Part shown: piece after piece, positions 17,393-27,573 of the stretch
How the letters are laid out: every line of letters starts with the position of its first letter
Position numbering within the stretch: position 1 is the stretch's first letter
NCBI RefSeq assembly: GCF_947498345.1
Contig: NZ_CANMJY010000005.1
Span: 225,168 to 289,167 of the forward strand
Reading direction: 5' to 3'
Origin: an uncultured Winogradskyella sp.
Lineage (GTDB): Bacteria > Bacteroidota > Bacteroidia > Flavobacteriales > Flavobacteriaceae
Length of the DNA stretch: 64,000 nt
Translations under genes and position numbers: made by a program
The notes under the pieces: model-generated
Told to the model about the DNA's origin: nothing
Databases searched by the model: none
The model's input: the letters and a program-made list of their open reading frames with translations, nothing else

Positions 17393-18547
17393 ATGAAAAA
17401 AATACTAACAGTACTGGTTATCGGCTTATTTCTAGCGAGTTGTAAGAAAGAAAACAAAACAAGTTATGTTATTGATGGTAATGCTGAAGGAGTTCATAAT
17501 GGTATTAGGATGCGTTTAGCGAAATTAGATGAAGCGGGAAAGCAGGTAATGGTAGATACTGCCATTGTAATGAATGGAAAATTTAAACTTGAAGGGAGTG
17601 TTGAAGAACCTGGCGTATATTTTCTTTTGGCAGACGGAAGTCCCGGAAATACTATTTTTATGTTAGAAAACAATGACATTACAATAAATTTCAATAAAGA
17701 AAAACCCACAGAATCTAAAGTGGTAGGTTCAGAATCAAACAAAGGCTATGAGGCTTTTCAGAAAGGAATGATGGATATTAAAAAAGAAGGTGATGCGATT
17801 ACAGCAGAATTTAGAAAACTTGGAGCTAATGCAACACAAGAAAAACGAGATTCCATAACTGATGCTATGACTAATCTTAGAGCAAGACAAAGTGCTTATC
17901 CTTTAAACTTTGTAAAAGAATATAATGACAAATATTTTAGCCTTAACCTCATCGAATTAGAATCTAGCAGACCAAATTTTAGTATTGTTGAGTATAAGAA
18001 GGCTTTTGAAAATTTTACGCCTCAGTTAAAAGCCTCTAAAAAAGGTCAGACAGTAAAGAAAAAACTAGATCAACTTTATAAAGAATATGAAAGAATCGCT
18101 TATCTCGAAATTGGTAATGTTGCTCCTGATTTTGAAGCTCCTTCACCAGATGGACAGATGATAAGCTTAGAAGATATAAAAGGTAAGGTGACGATTATAG
18201 ACTTTTGGGCAGCCTGGTGTGGTCCTTGCCGTAGAGAAAACCCAAATGTGGTAAGGATTTATAACGAATACCATGATAAAGGATTAGAGATTATTGGCGT
18301 ATCTCTTGATGGCCAAGGAAGACAACAAGACCCAAAGAAAGCCTGGATGGATGCAATTAAAAAAGATGGTCTTACCTGGTATCATGTTTCTAACTTAAAG
18401 TACTTTAACGATCCTGTAGCTAAACAATATAATATTCAGTCTATACCTGCTACATACATATTAGATGCGGACGGTAAAATTGTTGCAAAAAATTTAAGAG
18501 GAAAAGCTTTGGAAAATAAAATTAAAGAGCTTATCGAAAAATCTTAG
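17393..18547 (+). CDS. TlpA-family thiol-disulfide oxidoreductase lipoprotein (DUF4369-like N-terminus)
   Basis: Lipobox FLASC; IDFWAAWCGPCRRENP thioredoxin motif. Confidence 0.92.
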   Translation: MKKILTVLVIGLFLASCKKENKTSYVIDGNAEGVHNGIRMRLAKLDEAGKQVMVDTAIVMNGKFKLEGSVEEPGVYFLLADGSPGNTIFMLENNDITINFNKEKPTESKVVGSESNKGYEAFQKGMMDIKKEGDAITAEFRKLGANATQEKRDSITDAMTNLRARQSAYPLNFVKEYNDKYFSLNLIELESSRPNFSIVEYKKAFENFTPQLKASKKGQTVKKKLDQLYKEYERIAYLEIGNVAPDFEAPSPDGQMISLEDIKGKVTIIDFWAAWCGPCRRENPNVVRIYNEYHDKGLEIIGVSLDGQGRQQDPKKAWMDAIKKDGLTWYHVSNLKYFNDPVAKQYNIQSIPATYILDADGKIVAKNLRGKALENKIKELIEKS

Positions 18548-18572
18548 ATATATTATAATAAGTTATTACCCC

Positions 18573-18597
18573 AAAAGCTTGCATTTAGCAAGCTTTT
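18573..18597. terminator. Bidirectional Rho-independent terminator
   Basis: aaaagcttgc-attta-gcaagctttt between convergent genes. Confidence 0.75.
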
Positions 18598-19251
18598 TCA
18601 GTTTAATTTACCCGTTTTATACAACACAAAAAGAATAATAATTGGTAATGCCAATAACCCAATATGCCCCAAATCTGTTACAAATAAACTAGGCATCATA
18701 ATTAATGTTACAGCATAACCTCCAACTGCTCCTCCAAAATGCGCATCATGGCCAATATTGCCAATTCTGTTTTTCATTCCATATATAGAGTATAGTAAAT
18801 AACCAATACCAAAAATATAGCCTGGTATTGGAATTGGCACAAAGAACATATATAAACGCATATCTGGTTGTAAAAGTATTGCTGCATATAAGATTCCTGT
18901 TACCGCTCCACTAGCACCAACTGCGCTATACCAATATTCTTCTTTATGAAAATATAGAGACAAAAGGTTACCAAATACCAAACTGGCTACATAAATAATA
19001 ATGAAATTAAACTGTCCAAGCTCAAAAATTACGGCGTTAGCAAAAAAATACAATGTTAACATATTGAACAGTAAATGTGTTGTATCTACATGCAAAAATC
19101 CAGAGCTAAGCATGCGAACCTGTTCACCACGTCTTATACTACCAACATTAAACTTATATTTCTCAAAGAATAAACGATCATCAAAGCCTTTAATGGACAT
19201 TATAACGTTTGCTGCAATGATGCCAATGGTAACTGGGTCTAAATTGTACAT
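18598..19251 (-). CDS. Rhomboid family intramembrane serine protease
   Basis: FLH...HLLFNM, GASGAV, HDAHFGGA. Confidence 0.93.
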   Translation of the reverse strand: MYNLDPVTIGIIAANVIMSIKGFDDRLFFEKYKFNVGSIRRGEQVRMLSSGFLHVDTTHLLFNMLTLYFFANAVIFELGQFNFIIIYVASLVFGNLLSLYFHKEEYWYSAVGASGAVTGILYAAILLQPDMRLYMFFVPIPIPGYIFGIGYLLYSIYGMKNRIGNIGHDAHFGGAVGGYAVTLIMMPSLFVTDLGHIGLLALPIIILFVLYKTGKLN

Positions 19252-19270
19252 AAAGTCTAATCTTATAAGT

Positions 19271-19289
19271 CAAATATAACATATATTTG
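19271..19289. promoter_or_regulatory. Divergent pair of TATATTTG -7 elements
   Basis: caaatata 19271-19278 (minus strand, rhomboid) and tatatttg 19282-19289 (plus strand, acyltransferase). Confidence 0.6.
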
Positions 19290-19312
19290 CGCTTTAAAAC
19301 TAACATAGTTTT

Positions 19313-20203
19313 ATGCAACTTATTGCTTACATAATAGTATACCCAGTTTTATGGTTTATTTCCATTCTACCATTTAGACTACTTTATGGTATATCAGATT
19401 TATTATACCTATTTCTTTATCGAATTTTTGGTTATAGAAAATCCACGGTTAAAGAAAATCTACGTTTAGTATTTCCTAAAAAATCAGAAAAGGAAATAAA
19501 AAGTATTACAAGCAAATTTTATCACCATTTATGTGATATGATTGTTGAGTCGATAAAATCTTTAACTATATCAAAAGCCGAACTAAAAAAGCGGTATCAA
19601 TTTACTAACGTCGAATTGATACACGATTTAGAAAAAAAAGAGCGAAGCATTATTTTAATGTGTGCACATTACGGAAGTTGGGAATGGATTTTTATTCTTC
19701 AGACTTACTTAAAGCATAAAGGATATGCTGTATATAAACGTTTAGCAAATAAATACTTTGACCGTCTTGTAAAGCGTATTAGAGCAAGACATGACACATA
19801 CCTTATTACAACAAAACAAACATTAAATGTTTTAAGTGAAAGTAAAAAGAAAGGTGAGTTAACCATAAATGGTTTTGTATCTGATCAATCACCAAAAGCT
19901 CATAAAGCTTTTCATTGGAATGAATTTATGGGTATTAAAGTACCAATGTATACAGGCGCAGAGATGCTTGCAAAAAAGCTTGATATGGCCATAGTTTTCT
20001 TTAGTGTTAAACGCATAAAAAGAGGCTATTATCAAACCACTTTTAAAACCATTACTGAGCATCCTAAAGAGTATAAAGATTATGAGATTACAGACATCTT
20101 CTTTAAATTGGTAGAAGAGCAGATTATAGAAGCGCCTCAATACTATTTATGGACTCATAAACGTTGGAAACATAGAGATAAAGTTCCTGATAAGTTCCTT
20201 TAA
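19313..20203 (+). CDS. Lipid A late acyltransferase (LpxL/HtrB family)
   Basis: CAHYGSWE (HxxxxE), SDQSP, QYYLWTHKRWK. Confidence 0.9.
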   Translation: MQLIAYIIVYPVLWFISILPFRLLYGISDLLYLFLYRIFGYRKSTVKENLRLVFPKKSEKEIKSITSKFYHHLCDMIVESIKSLTISKAELKKRYQFTNVELIHDLEKKERSIILMCAHYGSWEWIFILQTYLKHKGYAVYKRLANKYFDRLVKRIRARHDTYLITTKQTLNVLSESKKKGELTINGFVSDQSPKAHKAFHWNEFMGIKVPMYTGAEMLAKKLDMAIVFFSVKRIKRGYYQTTFKTITEHPKEYKDYEITDIFFKLVEEQIIEAPQYYLWTHKRWKHRDKVPDKFL

Positions 20204-20248
20204 ATAAAAACTCTAACCCTTTATAATTAAATATTAGAAGATAAAGTT

Positions 20249-21757
20249 TTAACCCAAATCAAACCAATCATCTACATTGGTAGCATTATATGGTTTATCT
20301 ATTAATGATTTATGAATAAACTCATTATTACATCTCGAGTATTCATAATCTTTTGCCCATTCTTTATGGTTTTTGGCTAAAGCTATAATACTATCGCTAA
20401 CAAATTCTATCTCTTCATTTGTAGTAGTTGGATGAATAGACATACGTATCCAACCTGGTTTACGTGCTAATTCCCCGATAGAAATTTCATCGGTGAGCTC
20501 TTTAGATGTTTGTTGATCTACATGTAATAAAAAATGACCATATGTACCAGCGCAGCTACAACCACCACGCGTTTGTACACCAAACCTATCATTTAATAAT
20601 TTCACACCTAGATTGTAATGTAAATCATCAATATAGAATGAGATCACTCCTAGCCTATCTTTATGTTGACCCGCAAGAATATTAATATTAGAAATTGGTG
20701 TCAGTTTTTTGAAAATAACATCAATTAATTCATGCTCACGCTTTAACATATTTTCAACACCCATCTGCTCTTTTAATCTCACAGTAAGTGCTGTTTTTAT
20801 GGTTTGAAGAAACCCTGGTGTACCACCATCTTCGCGATCTTCAATATTATCAATATACTTATGTTCACCCCAAGGATTTGTCCAACTTACCGTTCCACCA
20901 CCCGGACAATCTGGCACCATATTGTTATAAAGCTCTTTATTGAAGACTAAGATACCTGATGTTCCTGGTCCACCTAAAAACTTATGTGGTGAAAAGAAGA
21001 TAGCATCTAACTGTGCGTTCTTATCTTCTGGATGCATATTAATATCTACATAAGGTGCTGAGCATGCAAAATCTACAAAACAAACTCCACCATGCTTGTG
21101 CATCAATTTTGCAATCTCATGATACGGTGTTTGAATACCAGTAACATTAGAACCACCAATAACAGAACAAATCTTTAAGGTACAATCTTTATACTGTTCT
21201 AAGAGCTTTTCTAAACTTTGTAAACAAAATAAACCTTCTTTATTAGGTGGCACCACTTCGACTCTAGCCATTGTCTCTAACCATGAGGTTTGATTTGAGT
21301 GATGTTCCATATGTGATACAAAAACCACTGGACGGATTTCATCTGGAATATCTGTATACTCCCGCAAATTTTCAGGAACTTTCAACCCTAGAATACGCTG
21401 AAACTTATTGACCACACCAGTCATTCCATTACCGCAAGCTATTAAAATATCATCCTCATTAGCGTTAACATGATCTTTGATAATATGTTTTGCCTTATGA
21501 TAGGCTTTAGTCATAGCAGTACCAGAAACCGTAGTTTCGGTATGCGTATTTGCTACAAAAGGACCAAATTCATTACATAGTTTTTCTTCTATAGGTCTAT
21601 ATAAACGACCCGAAGCAGTCCAATCTGTATAAATAATCTTTTGCTTTCCATATGGTGAATCAAACTCTTGATCAACACCAACAATATGCTTCCTGTACTG
21701 TTGAAAATACTGTTCGAGATTAGATTCTTTGACTATTAAAGTGTCTATATCATTCAT
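20249..21757 (-). CDS. PLP-dependent class V aminotransferase / cysteine desulfurase-like
   Basis: YTDWTASGR, MEHHSN, FSPHKFLGGPG, RGGCSCAG. Confidence 0.92.
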   Translation of the reverse strand: MNDIDTLIVKESNLEQYFQQYRKHIVGVDQEFDSPYGKQKIIYTDWTASGRLYRPIEEKLCNEFGPFVANTHTETTVSGTAMTKAYHKAKHIIKDHVNANEDDILIACGNGMTGVVNKFQRILGLKVPENLREYTDIPDEIRPVVFVSHMEHHSNQTSWLETMARVEVVPPNKEGLFCLQSLEKLLEQYKDCTLKICSVIGGSNVTGIQTPYHEIAKLMHKHGGVCFVDFACSAPYVDINMHPEDKNAQLDAIFFSPHKFLGGPGTSGILVFNKELYNNMVPDCPGGGTVSWTNPWGEHKYIDNIEDREDGGTPGFLQTIKTALTVRLKEQMGVENMLKREHELIDVIFKKLTPISNINILAGQHKDRLGVISFYIDDLHYNLGVKLLNDRFGVQTRGGCSCAGTYGHFLLHVDQQTSKELTDEISIGELARKPGWIRMSIHPTTTNEEIEFVSDSIIALAKNHKEWAKDYEYSRCNNEFIHKSLIDKPYNATNVDDWFDLG

Positions 21758-21776
21758 TATCTAATCACAAATGGTT

Positions 21777-22871
21777 TTAATTTTTAAAAATTTTCTTCGT
21801 TAAGATAGTATTATTTGAAAATATTTTCAAATAATACATTCCTGAACTTAAACCAGAAACATCTATACTATCTGAATTCGTTTTGATTATCATTTTACCT
21901 GAAACATCATAAAGCTCAAAATTGCGATCTTGGTGTTTTATATTTTTTATTGTAATTCTATCTGTGGTAGGATTAGGATAAATCTGAATTTCATCTACTA
22001 ATAGCTCATCTATACTAAGATTACTACAGTCTTCATTAAAACTAACACCAAAATCTACATCAGTCCAATTTACTTCGCTATAATTAGCGTCATCTACCTC
22101 AATGCAATTTAGTAAATTACTCTGTGCTTGAAAATTAGTAACATTGATATTGTTTCCGTTTTTAACATTCAAATACGTTAGACTATTAGAATTACATGCA
22201 AGATACACCAATTGATAATTGTTAGATAAATCTAAAGTGTTAATGTTGTTTTGATGACATAGTAAGGTTTTTAAATTTAAATTATTAGTTAAATCTAATG
22301 TAGCAATATCATTTCCTGAGCACCAAAGTATTTCTAACAAACTATTATTACTAATATCTATATTAGAGATATCATTATTATAGCACCACAAAAACTTTAA
22401 TTGAAGGTTAGAGGTTACATCTAAACTTAATAACTGATTATTTATAATACTTAATCGTTCAAGATTTGGAAGTTGGCTAATATCTATAGAGGTTAGAAAA
22501 TTATCATAAGTCCAAATCTGTTCTAACGATGTATTAGATCCTAAAGTAATACTTGTTAAATCGTTTTGATAACACCTTAAAATCCTCAATTGACTATTAT
22601 TGCTAACATCTATACTCTGAAGGTTATTGATTTGACAATCTAAATGATCTAGAGCAATAAAATCTTCAATACCTGTTAAATCCGAAATATTCTTTTCGCT
22701 TATATTTAGGTACGTTAATGTATTAATCATCACTGTAGGTACAAGGTCATCTAAGGGACCAGTATCTAGACCTAGGTCTATTAGTGCTTGTTCAAAATTA
22801 TCATCTGGGACAAACGTGTTTTGGGAAAAACAGAACCCATAGCATAACAGGCAAAATAAAATTACTTTCAT
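21777..22871 (-). CDS. Leucine-rich-repeat secreted protein with T9SS type A sorting domain
   Basis: VPDDNFEQALIDLG, repeated LxxLxCxxNxLxxLDxS, C-terminal IQIYPNPTT...LKIFSNNTILTKKIFKN. Confidence 0.9.
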   Translation of the reverse strand: MKVILFCLLCYGFCFSQNTFVPDDNFEQALIDLGLDTGPLDDLVPTVMINTLTYLNISEKNISDLTGIEDFIALDHLDCQINNLQSIDVSNNSQLRILRCYQNDLTSITLGSNTSLEQIWTYDNFLTSIDISQLPNLERLSIINNQLLSLDVTSNLQLKFLWCYNNDISNIDISNNSLLEILWCSGNDIATLDLTNNLNLKTLLCHQNNINTLDLSNNYQLVYLACNSNSLTYLNVKNGNNINVTNFQAQSNLLNCIEVDDANYSEVNWTDVDFGVSFNEDCSNLSIDELLVDEIQIYPNPTTDRITIKNIKHQDRNFELYDVSGKMIIKTNSDSIDVSGLSSGMYYLKIFSNNTILTKKIFKN

Positions 22872-22874
22872 ATT

Positions 22875-24263
22875 TTAGATATTAGCGACAGCCTTAATCT
22901 CTGATATAAATTGATCTGCTAAAGTATCTGCTGCAGCCTGTGATGGAGCTTCTGTATATATTCTAATAATTGGTTCTGTATTACTCTTACGAAGATGTAC
23001 CCAACTATCTGCAAAATCTATTTTAACGCCATCAATAGTGGTTAATTTTTCGTGACTATAATTAGATTCCATAGTACTTAGAATACCATCAACATCTAAT
23101 TGAGGGGTTAATTGAATTTTCTTCTTACTCATGTAATAATTAGGATAAGTTGCTCTTAACTCACTAACTGTCATTTTCTTTTCAGCTAATAAGCTCAAAA
23201 ATAAAGCCACACCAACTAAGGCATCACGTCCATAATGCAACTCAGGATATATAATACCTCCATTACCTTCTCCGCCAATAACTACATTATTTTTCTTCAT
23301 CAATTCAACTACATTTACTTCGCCTACGGCACTGGCTTCATACATACCACCATGTTTTTCTGTAACATCTCTTAGTGCTCGCGTAGAACTCATATTACTT
23401 ACGGTATTTCCTGGGTTTTTGCTCAGTACATAATCTGCACAAGCAACAAGCGTATACTCCTCTCCAAACATCTCGCCTTTTTCATCCATAAACGCCAAAC
23501 GATCTACATCAGGATCCACCACGATTCCAAAATCAGCCCTTTCTTTTACAACAGCTGCAGCTAAATCTCCTAAATGCTCTTTTAATGGCTCTGGATTATG
23601 CGGAAAATGACCCGTAGGTTCGCAATATAATTTCACAGGATGTACACCTAAACGCTCTAATAATAATGGAATTGCTATTCCGCCTGTAGAATTAACTCCA
23701 TCAACAACCACTTTAAAATTAGCAGCTTCGATAGCTCTTTTATTTACCAATGACAGATCTAAAACCTCATCGATATGCAAATCGATATAAGCTTCATTTT
23801 TAGTAATCTTACCTAAGTTATCAACCTCTGCAAAATTCATGGTGTTAGACTCCGCAATTTCTAATATCTTTTGACCTTCATCTCCATTCAAAAACTCACC
23901 CTTATGGTTTAATAATTTTAAAGCATTCCATTGTTTAGGATTATGGCTAGCCGTTAAAATAATACCTCCATCTGCATGTTCCATCGGTACCGCGACTTCT
24001 ACTGTAGGCGTTGTAGACAAACCTACATCAATCACATTAATACCAAGTCCTACAAGTGTATTCATTACCAAATTCTGAATCATTTCTCCAGAAATACGTG
24101 CATCTCTCCCAACAACAACACGATAATTTTCTTTTTGGCGTTGCTGCTTCAACCATGTACCATAAGCAGCCGCAAATTTTACCGCATCAATTGGAGTTAA
24201 ATTCTCTTCCACTGGTCCTCCAATAGTGCCTCTAATTCCTGAAATAGATTTTATTAACGTCAT
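22875..24263 (-). CDS. glmM: Phosphoglucosamine mutase / phosphohexomutase
   Basis: SISGIRG, TASHNP, DPDVDR, GGEGNGG, RKSNTEP. Confidence 0.85.
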   Translation of the reverse strand: MTLIKSISGIRGTIGGPVEENLTPIDAVKFAAAYGTWLKQQRQKENYRVVVGRDARISGEMIQNLVMNTLVGLGINVIDVGLSTTPTVEVAVPMEHADGGIILTASHNPKQWNALKLLNHKGEFLNGDEGQKILEIAESNTMNFAEVDNLGKITKNEAYIDLHIDEVLDLSLVNKRAIEAANFKVVVDGVNSTGGIAIPLLLERLGVHPVKLYCEPTGHFPHNPEPLKEHLGDLAAAVVKERADFGIVVDPDVDRLAFMDEKGEMFGEEYTLVACADYVLSKNPGNTVSNMSSTRALRDVTEKHGGMYEASAVGEVNVVELMKKNNVVIGGEGNGGIIYPELHYGRDALVGVALFLSLLAEKKMTVSELRATYPNYYMSKKKIQLTPQLDVDGILSTMESNYSHEKLTTIDGVKIDFADSWVHLRKSNTEPIIRIYTEAPSQAAADTLADQFISEIKAVANI

Positions 24264-24332
24264 GTAATTTTGTTTTCAGCAAATATAACATCTTAATAGG
24301 ATTTTGTGATTACGAATTTGTAAATTCGACGA

Positions 24333-24935
24333 ATGAACTTTCTAGCGCACATATATCTTTCTGGCGAAAACAAATTAATCACTATTGGTAATTTTGTTGG
24401 TGATGGAGTAAGAGGTAATAAATACAAAAATTACCCTCGCGAAATTCAAATTGGTATTCAATTACATCGCGAGATTGATACATTTACAGACGCGCACCCA
24501 ATCTTTAGACGGAGTACAAAACGACTTCACAAATTTTATGGGCATTATAGTGGTGTTATTGTAGACATTTTTTATGATCATTTTTTAGCAAAAAACTGGA
24601 CAACCTATTCAGATGTGCCCTTATCGGATTTTATCCAGGATTTCTATAGAAGTCTAAACCAAAATTTTGATAGTCTTCCACCTCGCTTTAAACGATTAAC
24701 GCCTATAATGATTGAGGGAAACTGGTTATTAAGTTATGCTACCCTCGATGGTATTCAATTGGTTTTAAACGGAATGAACCACAGAACAAAAGGCTTATCA
24801 AAAATGAACCAGGCCACAAAAGAGCTTAAAATGTATTACAATGCTTTTGAAAATGACTTTACAGAATTCTTTACCGAACTCATAGAATTTAGTACTAAGA
24901 AACGTGTAGAAATTGAAAAACAATTCAGTGTATGA
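24333..24935 (+). CDS. acpH: Acyl carrier protein phosphodiesterase (DUF479/AcpH family)
   Basis: MNFLAHIYLS, GNFVGD, LHREIDTFTDAHP, DIFYDHFLA. Confidence 0.85.
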   Translation: MNFLAHIYLSGENKLITIGNFVGDGVRGNKYKNYPREIQIGIQLHREIDTFTDAHPIFRRSTKRLHKFYGHYSGVIVDIFYDHFLAKNWTTYSDVPLSDFIQDFYRSLNQNFDSLPPRFKRLTPIMIEGNWLLSYATLDGIQLVLNGMNHRTKGLSKMNQATKELKMYYNAFENDFTEFFTELIEFSTKKRVEIEKQFSV

Positions 24936-26638
24936 GACAGATAATAATTGGTGTACTTTTTATTTTAGCGGGTTTTACCAGTTGTAAAAACGAATCAAAA
25001 ATTGAAACCTCAAAAACTAAAAACAAAGGGCTTATTACTAAAAAAGCTATGGTAGTAAGTGCCAGAGTGGAAGCCTCAGAGATTGGTACAGAAATTTTAA
25101 AAGCTGGAGGAAATGCTTTTGATGCCATGATGGCAACCGAGATGGCATTAGCGGTCTGTTATCCATATGCCGGCAATCTTGGTGGTGGTGGGTTTTTGGT
25201 TTATCGCTTAGCCGATGGTACAAAGGGAGCTCTCGATTATAGAGAAAAAGCACCTTTAGGATCAAGTAAAAATATGTATTTAGATAGTAATGGTGAAGTC
25301 ATTAAAGATCTAAGCACAGTTGGCATCATGTCTGTTGGAGTTCCTGGTACCATTGCAGGAATTTTTGAAGCCCAAAAACGCTTTGGTAAACTCGATATAG
25401 CTACCATCCTAAAACCCGTAATCAAATTAGCAAAACATGGTTATATCATAACAAATAAACAAGAGGAGCGCATAGCCAGTTACGACAGTATTTTTAGAGC
25501 TGTAAATGAAAAAGAGATCCTCTACAATAATAACCTCAAAGCTGGTGAGACAATTGTTAATTTAGCTTTAGCCGAAACTCTACAACGTATTGCTGATAAT
25601 GGACGTGATGAATTTTATATAGGTGAAACAGGCAAACAACTTGTTAAATACCTACAATCCAAAGGTAGTATAATAACCCTCGAAGATTTAGCAAAATACG
25701 AAGCCAAATGGCGTAGTCCTATTACATTTCAATATGATGATTTAAGTATTACATCAATGTCACCACCATCATCAGGAGGTATTTGTCTCAATCAGATTAT
25801 GACAATGATAGAACCATTTGATTTAAAGGATTATGGGCACAATACATTAAAGACCATACAAGTAGTAGTTGAAGCAGAAAAACGTGCTTATGCAGATCGC
25901 AGCTTTTATCTGGGTGACCCTGATTTTATTGATATCCCAATAGAAGCATTAACAAGTACAGTTTATCTGGAAGATAGAATGAATAACTTTTCTTTTAAAA
26001 ATCCAACTCCTGTAGATGCTATATCGCATGGCAAAATTACAGGTTATGAAAGTACTGAAACCACACACTACTCTATCGTAGATCAATACGGAAATGCTAT
26101 TGCTGTAACAACAACTTTAAATGGTGGTTATGGCTCAAAACTATATGTTGATGAACTTGGCTTTTTTCTCAATAATGAAATGGACGACTTTAGTAGTAAA
26201 CCTGGTGAGCCCAATTACTATGGACTTATTGGTGCAGAAGCTAACAGTATAGCACCAGAAAAGCGAATGCTTAGCTCTATGACACCAACGATTGTAGAAA
26301 AAAATGGTGATTTTTATATGTCCCTAGGAACACCTGGAGGTTCTACCATAATTACATCAGTTTTACAAACCATTTTAAATGTGTACGAATATGATATGAC
26401 TATGCAAGAAGCTGTTAATGCTCCACGATTTCATAATCAATGGTTACCAGATGAAATCCGCATGGAACCTAATAGCTTTAATGAAAAATTAATTCAACAA
26501 CTCGAAGCTTTAGGCTATATAATTAACCAAACCCGAACTCCTGTTATCGGCAAAGTTGACGGCATCTTAATGCTAGATGATGGCTCACTCGAAGGTGGAG
26601 CCGATAAACGCGGTGATGATACCGCAGTAGGCTTTTGA
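24932..26638 (+). CDS. ggt: Gamma-glutamyltransferase
   Basis: GGNAFDA, DYREKAP, ETTHYS nucleophile Thr, LNNEMDDF, RMLSSMTP, GTPGGS. Confidence 0.96.
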   Translation: MRQIIIGVLFILAGFTSCKNESKIETSKTKNKGLITKKAMVVSARVEASEIGTEILKAGGNAFDAMMATEMALAVCYPYAGNLGGGGFLVYRLADGTKGALDYREKAPLGSSKNMYLDSNGEVIKDLSTVGIMSVGVPGTIAGIFEAQKRFGKLDIATILKPVIKLAKHGYIITNKQEERIASYDSIFRAVNEKEILYNNNLKAGETIVNLALAETLQRIADNGRDEFYIGETGKQLVKYLQSKGSIITLEDLAKYEAKWRSPITFQYDDLSITSMSPPSSGGICLNQIMTMIEPFDLKDYGHNTLKTIQVVVEAEKRAYADRSFYLGDPDFIDIPIEALTSTVYLEDRMNNFSFKNPTPVDAISHGKITGYESTETTHYSIVDQYGNAIAVTTTLNGGYGSKLYVDELGFFLNNEMDDFSSKPGEPNYYGLIGAEANSIAPEKRMLSSMTPTIVEKNGDFYMSLGTPGGSTIITSVLQTILNVYEYDMTMQEAVNAPRFHNQWLPDEIRMEPNSFNEKLIQQLEALGYIINQTRTPVIGKVDGILMLDDGSLEGGADKRGDDTAVGF

Positions 26639-26664
26639 TTAATTTTTAATACAAATATCAACAG

Positions 26665-27573
26665 ATGAAAACATACGATATTGTTATACTCACAGATCAT
26701 AAACACGCTAATCCAGCCGTAATAGATGACTACACAAAAAATGTCATCACCGAAGATGCACTTGTAGCTAATACTCTTGGTCAATTAGGTTTAAACGTAG
26801 TTCGTTTGGCATGGAATAATCCTTATTTTGATTGGTCCTCTACCAAAGCTGTACTTTTTAGAACCACTTGGGATTATTTTGACAACTTTGGTAAATTTTC
26901 TACTTGGTTAAATAAAGTATCTAAAGTAACTACACTTATTAATTCTGAAGCTCTAATACGTTGGAATATTGACAAGCACTATCTATTGGATTTGCAGCAA
27001 AACAATGTTCATATAGCTGAGACGCTATTTATTGAACGTGGCTCACCTAAAAGCTTAAAAGATTTACATAACGATACAGGTTGGAAGGAAACAGTGTTAA
27101 AGCCTTGTGTATCTGGATCGGCAAGACATACCTATAAACTTAACTTAGAGACTATTGCTAAACACGAAACTATTTTTAAAGACCTAATTGCTGAAGAAAC
27201 CATGATGCTTCAACCCTTTCAGCATCGTATTATATCTGAAGGAGAAGTATCTATAATGGTTTTTAACGGCCAATTTACACATGCTATTCTCAAAAAGGCA
27301 AAGGCTGGAGACTTTAGAGTTCAGGATGATTTTGGAGGAAGCGTTCATGATTATTCACCTACAGAAGCAGAAATAGAATTTGCTGTAAATACCGTAAATG
27401 CTTGCGCAGAATTACCATTATATGCCAGAGTCGATATTTTTAACGATAATATGAGTAAGATTGCATTAGCTGAACTAGAATTAATTGAGCCAGAGTTATG
27501 GTTTAGAAAACATCCCAAAGCAGCACTAATACTAGCAGAAGCTATAAAAGAAAAAATAGAGCAGTTAAATTAA
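26665..27573 (+). CDS. RimK/glutathione-synthetase-like ATP-grasp ligase
   Basis: RTTWDY, NIDKHYL, VLKPCVSG, GDFRVQDDFGG, ELELIEP. Confidence 0.85.
   Translation: MKTYDIVILTDHKHANPAVIDDYTKNVITEDALVANTLGQLGLNVVRLAWNNPYFDWSSTKAVLFRTTWDYFDNFGKFSTWLNKVSKVTTLINSEALIRWNIDKHYLLDLQQNNVHIAETLFIERGSPKSLKDLHNDTGWKETVLKPCVSGSARHTYKLNLETIAKHETIFKDLIAEETMMLQPFQHRIISEGEVSIMVFNGQFTHAILKKAKAGDFRVQDDFGGSVHDYSPTEAEIEFAVNTVNACAELPLYARVDIFNDNMSKIALAELELIEPELWFRKHPKAALILAEAIKEKIEQLN

Noticed and set aside
22090-22700. Roughly 63-bp periodicity
   Set aside because: Explained by leucine-rich repeats of the encoded protein.
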